Assembly (NCBI RefSeq): GCF_009914755.1
Contig: NC_060928.1
DNA length: 64,000 nucleotides
Reading direction: 5' to 3' (one strand)
Source of the DNA: the human T2T-CHM13v2.0 reference genome, Homo sapiens
Every line of letters starts with the position of its first letter. Positions within the stretch are counted from its first letter, which is position 1. The notes under the pieces are model-generated. The model made no database searches, was not told where the DNA came from, and saw only the letters and a list, made by a program, of their open reading frames with translations. Both the position numbers and the translations under genes were made by a program. Positions 39,821 to 51,793 of this stretch are shown here, in pieces.

Positions 39821-39937
39821 GAGACAGGGTCTCACTATGTTGCTCAGGCTGGTCTTGAATTCCTGGGCTTAAGTGGTCTTCCTGCTTTGCCCTCCCCAAA
39901 GCACTGGGATTACAGGCATGAGCCACTGTGCCTGGTT
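39821..39937 (-). mobile_element. Alu left monomer (FLAM-like)
   Basis: gagacagggtctcactatgttgc...gagccactgtgcctgg. Confidence 0.85.
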
Positions 39938-40845
39938 GACCAGTGGCTTTTTCATTGTGAATTTTGGGAAGCTGGATTTTCTCTTTGTTATCTTTATATT
40001 CCATATCTTTTCCCCACTGATAACAAAAGTATAAAAAAGAGAGAAAAAAGAATTCTTAGGGAATGTCAAAAAAGTCATGTGTTTGTTTGTAAGACAGGCA
40101 GGCATTCTGTGTTTACATTCTCAGTGAGTCAAGAAGGGAGACTACCATGGTCAGAACAATGACTTTTGGCAACAAAAGGACACAAAGGATTTATTGAGGA
40201 AGAGAGGCAGGAGGAAAAGGAAAGTGGACAGAAGCTGCTCTGGGATTGTGATTCTATAGATCTGGCAGGCATTCCTTTTTGCTACCCACCCCTAATAAAC
40301 AATATTTTTCTCCTCATCTCTTCTGATCTCCCTGTAATTCCTTTTGGTTCCCTTTCTTACCAGACTAGTGCCTTTAATACAGGACATAGGATCAATTTTC
40401 AATAGCTAAGAATGTTGGTGCAATGGGAGTATCGTTCACATAACAGACATCCTAAAGTGGAAATATAACTATGTATTCCCTTAAAAACATGGGTAGATAT
40501 GGTTAGTTACCATAGGCTAGCTGTTTTCATAAACAACACCATAATCTCAGTGATTAAACTCGCATGAGAAAAAGTTACTTGTGTCCTATGAGGTTTAATA
40601 AAAAAGGGAATAAGAAGGACTCTGCTCCACACAGTAATTCAGGGATTCAGCCTTTCCCCAGTCTTTGCTCTTCCACCTTCTAGGTTTTGTCTGCCTGTGT
40701 ATTGAGCTAGCACATGAATAGAGATTACTCATGGGAGGGTTTATTAACTAGGCTTCAACGTGGCGTACACTTCCACCTACATTCTACAGGTTAGAACTAA
40801 ATCTCAAGGCTGCAACCAACTATAAGGGAGGATGGAAAATATAAC

Positions 40846-41248
40846 TGTACTAGTTTCCTAGGGTTGCCATAGCAAAGCACTACAAACTGGGTGGCTTAAA
40901 ATAACAGAACTGTATTCTCTCACAGTTATGAAGACTAGAAGTGCAAAACCACGGAGTCTTCAGGGCTATGTTCCTTCTGAAGGCTCTGGAGAAGGACCCT
41001 CCCCTGCCTCTTCCCAGCTTTTAGTGGTTGCTGGCAATCATTGGCATCCCTTGCCTTGTAGCTACATCACTCCAATTTCTGCCTCTGTCTTTGCATGGCC
41101 ATCTTCTCTCTGTGTGTCTCTACATCTAGTTTTTTCTCCTCTTATAAGGACACCTGGTCATTGGGTTAGCCCACCCTAGTTCATTATGACCTCATCTTAA
41201 CTGGGGCTTGAACATATCTTTTAGGGGGACACAGTTCAATCCACAACA
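40846..41248 (-). mobile_element. MLT1B/C MaLR LTR, apparently nested in an older MLT1 (about 40495-41310)
   Basis: tgtactagtttcctagggttgcc...gggtggcttaaaataacag...gggggacacagttcaatccacaaca. Confidence 0.8.
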
Positions 41249-42739
41249 GTAGTCTAGCTATGTGTCCAAAAGGAAAAAAAAATGCTTTGGTGTCCCCTAT
41301 TGGATCTTTGCCAAGTTAAGATTTTCTACCATAAGTAATAGTGAGTGGGAAAGCCTTTTGAGGGCTTTAGAGAACTGAGATTTTTTAACATAGTTTCTGT
41401 GAAAAAATGTTTGTAACAACAGACAACTCTTGACTCACAAATGGAGATAATCTACCTGTAAGACATCAAGGCTTTATACTTCAGAGAACTTTACCTCACT
41501 CAAATAATGTTATGAGTTTAAATAGTGTGTTAGAGTTCTTAATACTATTAACACTCATGGTTTAATAAAATAGAATAGGCATATGAAAATTAGAATAATC
41601 ACCTCTAAAACTCCATGCCTATAAAATATGCTTAACAAAACACCAATAAAGACATCTTCATATTTCTGCCTGGGTCATTGTCATCTGACAGCGGTTTCTT
41701 TTCCTGGCATTTTCCATCTTAGTCTTTGTCCATCTTATACTTTATTAAGTGGCTGCTTTTCATTGAAGCCAGCTATGATTTAATAAAAGAACAACAGCCT
41801 TCAAATCTGATGAACTTAAGCTCTATATCTTATTAACTTTCTTACTTTGGACAAGTCACCAAACCCACTTTTTATTTCAGTTTTATCACCTGTACTGTGG
41901 TTGACACTAACCTTGTGTGGTTATGAGAATCCCGTAAAGTCACTTAGTATTTATTGAGTATCTGTCATATGCTGGCACTCTTATAGGTACTTGAATTATA
42001 TCAACGAGAACAACAAAGATCTCTGTTCTCATGGAGCTTCCATTCCAGGAGCTAAAAGGGCTTTATGAATTATAAAATGCAAATGTAAGGTATTATCATC
42101 ATTGCTATTGTGCCTGCAGCAACTCCCTTTTCTCAAATATCTGTAAAAATCTTATTTAAAATTATATATAGCTCTTAGATATCAGAAAGTACATAAAGGG
42201 AAAGAAAAATCTAAGAAATAAAAAATAATCTTTTAGATGTCTAATTGTAAATAAAAACTCATAGTAAGTACTGAAAATGTTTCTTTACTGTATTTAAAAA
42301 TAGTTCCTAGTCCCCTATTATATGCCATGCACTGCAGTAGGCTTTATGTGGCATGCCAAGATAGATATTAATCCTGCCCTCAAGGAGCTTAGAGTCCAGT
42401 TAGGGACATGCCCACTGGAAAATGTACATTAGGATAGGAAGTGAAGAATACTCAGCAGACAGGCACAAGGAAATTGACGGAAAGCTTTCAGAAGAGGAAA
42501 GATGACTGCCCAAACACTTATAACATCTTGACATTTTCTATAGAAAATGTCAGAGAGATATTTACCCCCGGTGTTGTAATTGATACAATACTACCGGCAC
42601 CTGTTTAACTACTGGCTGGGATTTTCATTTTATACAGAATTTAGATGTTTACATCTATGTTATACTGTATAGCATTTGGGCAATACTTTGTACAGGAAGT
42701 GCATTGTATACAAGTTTAAGTAATATTTCAGAATGACAC

Positions 42740-43115
42740 TGCTATGGCTTGAATATTTGTGTCCTCCAAAATCATGTTGAAACTTAACCCCCAGTGTGAT
42801 GGTGTTAGGGAACTGGGCCTTTAGGAGGTGATTAAGTCACGAGGGTAGAGCCCTCGTGAATGGGATAAGTGGCCTTATAAAAGGGGTGGAGGGAACTAGG
42901 TAGGCCCTTTTTGCTTTTCTTTCCTTCTGCCATGTGAGGAGAGTGTTCAATATGCCATCTGGGAAGAAGAGACCTGGCCCTCACCAGACAGTGAGCCTGC
43001 TGGTGCCTTGATCTTGGAACTTCCCAGCCTCAGAACTGTGACAAATAAATTTCTATTATTTATAAATTACCTCGTCTCAGGTATTTTGTTATAGCAGCAC
43101 CAACACACTAAGATA
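42740..43115 (+). mobile_element. MSTC/MSTD-like MaLR LTR
   Basis: tgctatggcttgaat...ccttgatcttggaacttcccagcc...aataaatttct...gttatagcagc. Confidence 0.85.
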
Positions 43116-43499
43116 CACAAGCAGCCAGCAGGGTATAGCAGACTGTCAAATTGAGAAGCCAAAATCTGAGAATTTACAACCATGCACTGTATGTTTGAAT
43201 GTTGACAGAGGAGGCATTGTTACAAAGGCTGTCAGAACATAATCAGAAGTTACTAATTCATAAACTGTTGAAATACGAAGTATATTTGTTTTCAATTTGC
43301 ATTGCAGAGGTGATGTCCAAGCAATGATTCTATTACTAATTGGGCTACCAAACACATTGATTGAAAAACGTGTTCTGACTTCAACTGACAAAGAACATTA
43401 ACAGCATCTCTCTCCTACAGATCCAGTTACGACAAAGGTTTTCCATTTTGCTTCTTCTTTTCATGGTATAATAGTTTCCTCAACATTTTTGCCAAGAAG

Positions 43500-43850
43500 T
43501 TCCCATCTCGGGACCTTTGAACTGCTATTCTGTTTGCCTAGAATATTCTTCCTTCAGGTAATTGCTTGGCTTGGTCCATTCAGATTTCTAAAGAGCATTC
43601 CTTAGCACCTTGTGTGCTAAGCACAGTAACATGTGTCTCTCATCACTCCTTATTCTACTTTTTTTCCCCAGAGCATTTGTCACTATTATTTTTGTTTACC
43701 ACCTAGTTCCACTGTTAGAATGTAAGCACTATGACTGCAAAAATGTTTTGTTTATCATGATATCCACAGTAGTTAGCACAATGTGCCTCTAGTGCTCAGT
43801 TCCTGGCACATGATAGTCATCCAATAAATATTTATCGAGTAACTGAATGT
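43500..43850 (+). mobile_element. L2 3' fragment
   Basis: tagaatgtaagc...cctggcacatgatag...caataaatattta. Confidence 0.7.
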
Positions 43851-44611
43851 GTCCAAGCTGAGGCTGCTCCCAAGAAAGGTCAAGAAAGGGGCATCTAATG
43901 GGACGAGGTGAGGGAATGAGTGAGGGGTTGGGAGAGCAGGTGGTTGGGGAGTAGGAAATGGCATGGGGATTTCAGTGGGGGCTGTGACCACAGTGGGAGT
44001 TGGGCTTCTGGAGGCTTCTGTAGAAGCTCTTTGGGGTTTTGTTTTAAAAAAAGAGAGAACCTTTGCCTCTTTGGCCTGGCTGTGTGATCCAAGATACCAC
44101 TGAAGCAATGGTGAGAGAATGGCATTGGTGGAATGGGTCTGCTGAAACAGGAGGAGGGTGGAGGGAGTGAGGGGCAGCAAAACAGAGTTGACTCCAGATG
44201 ATGACGTGGAGGGGCCTTAGGGTGGTAAGGCAGAGAGAAGGAGCAATCCTAACAGCAATGGGGAAGAAGGTGAATTTTTGTTGCTCTGTCTGATGGAAAG
44301 GTGAGTTCTCAACTGCTGCAGTCATTTTCACATAAATATGTTTCTTAAGGTACACTTTCAGAGTTGAAAACTGTCTATATTTGTAATAATAATAAGATTA
44401 GCAATAGCAACACATTTACATAGGCACCTTCCAATTTCAAAGTGCATTTATATACACTATCTCGTTGGTTTAATCCTTACTCTATTTTTACTTCTAAGTA
44501 TGCTGTGTATTATACTTTACGTTCATTGTCTGGGAATAAGGGCAAGTGTTTAGAATATACATATGTGCATTTGTACAAAGTATATTAGGTTCTGGTTGCA
44601 TCTACAAGTGT

Positions 44612-44612
44612 G

Positions 44613-44667
<55 letters not shown>

Positions 44668-44932
44668 CAAGGCGGAGTCTTGCTCTGTCACCGAGGCTGG
44701 AGTGCACTGGGGGCAATCTTGGCTCACTGCAACCTTCGCCTCCCGAGTTCAAGCAATTCTCCTGCCCCAGCCTCCCCACACCTGGCTAATTTTTTTTTTT
44801 TTTTTTGTATTTTTAGTAGAGGCAGGGTTTCATCACGTTGGCCAGGCTGTTGTCGAGCTCCTCACCTTGCGATCCACCTGCCTTGGCCTCCCAAAATGCT
44901 GGGATTATAGGCATGAGCCACTGCGCCCAGCC
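44612..44932 (-). mobile_element. AluS with an internal deletion of about 30 bp and a (TA)n/T-tract tail
   Basis: Alu body 44668-44932 lacks the gtagctgggattacaggc segment; TSD tacaagt at about 44603 and 44933. Confidence 0.9.
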
Positions 44933-45276
44933 TACAAGTTAATATTTTTAAATATACAAGTATGGCCACCTTAATCAATAAGTGAATTTGGGTTTCTTGT
45001 TATAAAAACAAGCCCCACTTTTTTAAAATCAAGAAGAATTCCAGAACTTTATAGTATACACCCCTTGAGAGGAGGGATTGTGTTTTATTCATCAGTCAAT
45101 AGACACAATTAGGTTAAGAAAACTTTTGAGATAAGTTATAAAATATTGTAACTCCATTAGTTTTTTATGTTTTTATTACTGATAGTGTCTTAGATATTTA
45201 ACAAGCCTTGATTAACTGCCTTTAATGTGCCATGGATTATGCTTGGTTCTGGGAAATTCAGTTCTCCCCCTACCCA

Positions 45277-45277
<1 letters not shown>

Positions 45278-45319
<42 letters not shown>
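45278..45319. repeat. (AC)21 perfect microsatellite, about 0.75 kb upstream of the ANK2 start codon
   Basis: Seen directly; lies within a degenerate antisense L2. Confidence 0.95.
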
Positions 45320-45321
<2 letters not shown>

Positions 45322-45849
45322 CTGATCTAAAGCTCTTGGCCTATCAAGAAAAGATGGTTAGGTATCTGGGCAGTTGTGTAATACATTGTCACAGGTATAC
45401 TGTCAGAAGCTTACATTGGAAAGAGAAGGCACAGGAGAAGAGAGTGGTTGGGGTTATCTGGAGGTTGGAGAAGCTGTTCTCAAGGCTTTATGACAGAAGT
45501 CATCCTTGAGTGTAGTTTCAAAAGATTATATTTTAAACCAAGTGAATGACATCTGAAAAACATAGCTTTCTTATATTCACTTTAGGATATTAATAACCAA
45601 TCCTTTTCCTTAAGTAGCCTCTTGACTGGCTAAATGTACCTCTTCAGGTTCAGAGACACATTCTAGAATGTTACAGTTTTCTCATTATGCATTGTATCTG
45701 TTCCGTGTTGAAGTACCTGTAGGAAGAAAATTAAGTACAGGTTTTGTGTGTAGGTTGAGAGCTGATCCTATCAAGGGTGTGTCAGAAACCAACCAGCAGA
45801 GTCCCCAAATCATTCGAGTCCCTGGCATTCTTTTTTCAAGGCTTTCTTC

Positions 45850-46082
45850 ATTGTAACCGGTTCCTGATGGTAATTGGTTGAATCAGATTTAACAATGCAG
45901 TCAGATAAACAGTTGTGGCAGCTGCTGCCATGGCAACGTCACCGTCCTTACCCTCCCAGTGCGCGCCCCTTCCCCACCCCTCCTCCTCCTCCTGCTTTCC
46001 TCCAGTAAGTGCATACCCGCTAGTGGTCTGTACAGGCGGCACGGTTTGATGGCAGAGATATTTTCTTTCCAAACTGTTCAAA
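45850..46082 (+). promoter_or_regulatory. ANK2: ANK2 exon-1 promoter and 5'UTR (exact TSS not determinable from sequence)
   Basis: Local CpG/GC rise in an AT-rich background; X-box GCTGCCATGGCAAC 45924-45937; CRE half-site ACGTCA 45936-45941; SOX-like AACAATG 45891; ATTGG 45873; C-rich tract; lies directly 5' of the first coding exon. Confidence 0.75.
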
Positions 46083-46166
46083 ATGATGAACGAAGATGCA
46101 GCTCAGAAAAGCGACAGTGGAGAGAAGTTCAACGGCAGTAGTCAGAGGAGAAAAAGACCCAAGAAG
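46083..46166 (+). CDS. ANK2: Ankyrin-2 (ankyrin-B) first coding exon, 28 codons: [28 protein letters not shown]
   Basis: Manual translation matches the recalled N-terminus of human ankyrin-2; A at -3 (aaaATG); phase-0 donor AAG|GTAAAT at 46166/46167. Confidence 0.97.
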
Positions 46167-48029
46167 GTAAATCGCCGGAATTAGGAATGTCTGTGTATAA
46201 ATATGTATGTGTGTGCATGTGTGAGTGTGTAATATCAGCAAGGCTATGGAAACCGTGGAGCATTATGAGTAACTGTAGACGATAACAGTGCCAAGCCTTG
46301 CTTTTTAAAGAGGCAGGTGCAAACTGCTGCTTTTTGAGAATAGTAAAGGAGCCATGGCTCATAATGGATACACTGACTGGAGCATGGTGAAGTGAATAGA
46401 GATAAGGTGTGTTCCACATGTGGATTACTGAGGACCGTGGCCACTGATGGATTCTTCTGGTGTTAACTGGGTAGAGAGAGTCGTTTTATTTTTAGTGTGT
46501 AAAAGGAAGAGTGTTAAGCAACGTGGATTGTGAAGCAAAAGGCAGATTTTTGGCCAGATGCGTTTGCTCTAGGATGATCCTGAGATGGCTAGACAGCAAA
46601 AGCCTTTTGGTTTCATGCTAAGTGTATTCCTCCTAAGGAGAAAAGACTGCTGTGACAGGAGAAATATCATCCCCAGCATGATATTTCTTTGGCTTGCTTA
46701 GCTCCTCTGCAGTTTTCCCAGACATTAGTGTGATAGCTCTTTCAATAATAAGAAAAACAGCTAAAGATGTTATGGGGTGGGGGCTCTTGGGCACACAAAG
46801 CAGTCTGTAGGATTTCTTACTGTGGCATACATTCCCACACCCTCGATTTTCATGGAAATGATAGCAGCGAGAAACAGTGGGAAAAGATGCAAACTATTCA
46901 GCCCCACCCAATGCCAGCACTTCTTTCTTTATGGCCTGACTCCTTCTGGTAAACTGTTGCAGCCTCACAGAGCTTCCCTGAGCCTCACCTCTGAAAGAGA
47001 TGCTCTATAAATAAATTCTCCTAAAATGCATTTATTTCCTGGAGCAATAATATGGGCAGGATATTAGATATGATTGTAATGTAAATGGCTTTCAACATTA
47101 GATGGTTTTGGATTTTGAATAAGCAGATTGCAAAAAATAATAAGCATGAACAAATGAATATTTTTCATTTTGCTAATGAAGTTGCATTGTGTTTCAAAAT
47201 TCTAGATGTCTAGTGTACTAAATGTTTTATAATCTAAAGATTGTAAATAATTTGCAACCTCTGATATTTAAAAGATCACTGTATCAGCAAACAAGGGAGT
47301 AGTATATTTGTATGGTATCATGCAATTTGATAGAAATAAGCATGTGATGATTTTTAATCATAGCGTAGAGATAGTGATACAATCTGATAACAGGCAAAAG
47401 GATAATTCAGGGCAAGCAGGAACATTGGTAGAATGTCCTTTTCCTTTTGTACCTAAGCATTCCAGATCTAGACCTTGAGGGCATTTTTATAGAGTGTTAG
47501 CTAATTGAACAACATAAAAAAAGAAAAAGAAAATAGAAGAGAGAGCGCGAGCAAGCAAGAGAGAGGGAAAAAGAAAGAAAAAAAGGAATTTTTGTTTTAA
47601 TTCACATTATCATTTCAAAATCCCGTATTTTCTCTCTAAAGTCCCTGTGGTGCTTTAGAAACAATATACTCAGGACTATTAAAGGGGTGGAGAATGAATC
47701 TTGAGATTTTTGAGCTCTGAATGATGATACTAACTTCACATGACCAAAGCCATTTTAAAGTCTTTGAGGAGGTAGAGACAACGAAATCATCCTATGTAAT
47801 AACTATCATATCTTTAAGCTGAATTTTCTCAAATAAATTTATTTTAGGAGTAAGTCTTTTTCCAAACTTGCATCCAAAATGAAAGAGCAAGTTTTGAATG
47901 TGTGTGTCAGAGCACCATGAATATTGAGTGTTAAAAGGAGTTTCACCTAAAAGAAATTGCTTTTGAAAAAAATGCTAATTACATAATAGATTAGGGGACG
48001 CACACACATAAACACACACATACACATCC

Positions 48030-48250
48030 CTCAGCTTGCCTAGTCAGTCAGACGTAAGTGGGTCTGAATCTCAGTTCTACCCTTTAATTTTGTGTGTTTG
48101 GAGCACATCATTTAATTTCTCATTTAATGAATCCAGGGATTCATCTGTAAAATGAGAATAATTATATATAGAATATTTTATGAGGATTAGAAATAATGTA
48201 TATATGATTATTTGAACAGTATTTAAAACATATAGTCAATGGCAATAACT
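48030..48250 (+). mobile_element. MIR SINE
   Basis: ggtctgaatctcagttctac...tcatctgtaaaatgagaataat...tgaggatta. Confidence 0.8.
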
Positions 48251-48965
48251 TTCAGGTGTTATTCTCTTAAATGGAATTTGTTTATTGCAATAAGCCTTTT
48301 AAGAGAAAAATCTGTTTATACTTTTGAGAGAGGCAGAAATGACAGAATCCAATATTGGTGCTTTGCAAAGGCTAGTAGTCATTTTTCAAAATGTCAAAAG
48401 TTATATGCTATAATTGGAAACTTTTTTATCTCAAAAAATCATTGAGATTTACATAAATGTACCTTAGGTCTTTATATTATTGTTTCACATTATTTTGCAC
48501 AGCAAGAAACTTACATTTTCATATTTAAACACTAGACCATTAAATGTGCCTTGATGAGGACATTAATGATAAAGAGATAAGTATCCCTAATAAGCATAAA
48601 AGCTGAGAAAGCAAACATTGGAGTAAAGTCAATGTCACATCACTTCAATTCGGTTGTTTGTTTTTCTACTAGAGGTTTACATTGAATCTGCTGTGGGATT
48701 CTACTTAAGCATCCAGGACTACGGACCACCAAGCTCACTATGGCCTGGGTGTGGATCTATCCTACTGAATCATATTCCTTGAAATCATGCGTCTATCTCT
48801 AGTAAATACGTAACAGATGGGCTGTAATTTACTTGTTTATTCTGTACCTTCCAAAAGTACCTCTTCTGAGGGACAGAGCTAAAGGGTCTTTTGCCACCAG
48901 ACCTACAATGTGAGAAAACAAGCTCAAGGAGGAATTTATTTATGTCAAAATTTTACTGAGTGTGT

Positions 48966-49583
48966 TGAGAATAGAAATTCTTTGAGCTTTACTTAAGGTT
49001 GTCTATTTTGGCTTCAGTAAGGGAGCTTGTCGGTGCTCTCCACTCAGAAACCACAAGGAGTACACTGGTGGTTGAACATGATGGGTTTATGACTCATTGC
49101 CGCGAGGAGGATACACATCATGGGGAACCGTGGGGGCATCTCAGTAAACGGGTGCCAGGAAGAATGCACAGGATACGGGCTTCAGTTGAGTAATTTGAAA
49201 GAGGGTTCAAGAGACTGGTGGCTCACTCTGGGGATGGGGTACTCCCAGAAAGCAGGAACAATTCTACGATTGTGTATCCCAGTAAGTCTTATCTACAGGA
49301 GAACAGGCTAGAGCGTTACTAAAGCTATAGTTGTAAGGAGGCAGTAATCTCATTTGGCAAGAGAGGGAGATGTTTGGTATTTTGTGTCTTGGACAACGTC
49401 TTTGTTTTGTCTGTGTTCAGACATGATATGGGAGTGGTGTTGTTTTGGTTTTACTCTGTCATGGTCAGAGTGGCCTTGTCTGATGCTGATGCTTTGAGAA
49501 ATTTTTTATGTTCAATAGGAGAACACTGAGGCCTAGCTGATAGTACCAGGCCCCCTCCTGTGGGTCAGTGGCTGCCTTTCTCA
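48966..49583. mobile_element. Probable ERV solo LTR (family uncertain)
   Basis: GC-elevated 0.6-kb block with TGAGAA...TTCTCA inverted ends; TSD not confirmed. Confidence 0.45.
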
Positions 49584-49929
49584 TTCTCCAGCTTGAACAC
49601 AAAGATACCTTTGGAGAGAGAGAGAAAGACTTGTTTATTATTGGATACTCTTTAGTACCCAAAGAAAATAAATTGTAGGTAGTAATGTTGTTAAAGTAGT
49701 CATGAAAACCTTCATCTGATACTTCCAACAAAGTTTTCTTAGGGCCAAGATATTTCATACTAACAGATATTGCCCAAGGTGCAGATTTGGGATTGATGTT
49801 CTAGTGGTGGTTCAGTGGCGAAGAGGAAATGGGGGCTATTCTAATTCTCAACTGGAATCCAGGACTAAAAAGAAGCATTGGTAGCTATGTGAAATGTATC
49901 CGTGTAAGACAGCTTTGAGCCTACTCTAA

Positions 49930-50234
<305 letters not shown>

Positions 50235-51289
50235 CTATAAAACTTATTCCACTATTCCACTATTTTGACAGATTAGATTAAAATAATCCAAGACCATATT
50301 TTTGTGTGCAGCTCCACACACTTTCCAATTTTGTAGCAATAACATAGCAGTGGATTTATACTAAAAGAGGCTGTAGGAGATTTTGGTAATTTACATAATT
50401 GGAAATGGGAATGCCCAAGCATCAATCACAGGTGACAGCCATCTGAAACCACTAGGCTTGTGAGTTCTTCTAAAACAAGTACATGAGTAAATGGTTTACT
50501 AACTGTTTTTCCCATTTAGTGGAATAATGATATGAAGATAAAAGTAAAATATCAGCACCATTATTTTCAACAGAGTAGTAGGATAAAATGGCTTTATAGG
50601 ATACCTTATATTTATTGAAGATGCTTTGATCTGGATCACTAAGATATTCATAAGCATTGCAAAATATTTTGAAGGTACACACACACACACACACACATAT
50701 TTAATGGCTGTTTAGGCCACTGCCTAAATAGAGAGATGAAGGAGGAAAGTGTTGCCAGATGTGTGGTTAAAATGTTGTACCATAGAAATGTGAATGAGGT
50801 ACATATTAAAAGGTTTATTTTTATAGCAGCCAAAGAAACTATGCCCTTTTTAGTGAAATCAGGTAGTAGATCCAACATTTGGGTGTCCAAATAGTATTGG
50901 AGTCAATTAATTTTGAATTTAAAGTTGATGCCTTATCTAGTTCACTGATATCTAGACAGGCTTCCATGTATAATTTATTCTGAATAATATCCCTATTTCT
51001 TCAGTCTTTCAAATAACTTACCATTTGCCCTTTATAAAATACCAACTTATAACCCAAAATAGCATGTGTTGCCTGAAGACAGTAATTCCCCATCACTGAA
51101 GGTATTTAAAATGACCATCTGTCAGGGATGATGGAAATTTTTATTGGAAAGAAAAATACCTTATAACCTGGTATTCTGTGATTTTCTTTCAATGTCTTCC
51201 TCTCTGTTTCTATTTACTCACTTTTATGATATTAATTTTTTCACTGATAATTTCATGTCTTAGTAATAACTAATTTATCCTTTTTAGAG

Positions 51290-51793
<504 letters not shown>

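Noticed and set aside
45848-46081. Minus-strand 77-aa ORF across the promoter
   Set aside because: Low-complexity by-product of the GC-rich promoter; no independent support.
45959-46141. 60-aa ORF with a signal-peptide-like poly-Leu start
   Set aside because: Starts at GTG and the Leu run comes from the (TCC)n tract; only the part from the ATG at 46049 is kept, as a uORF candidate.
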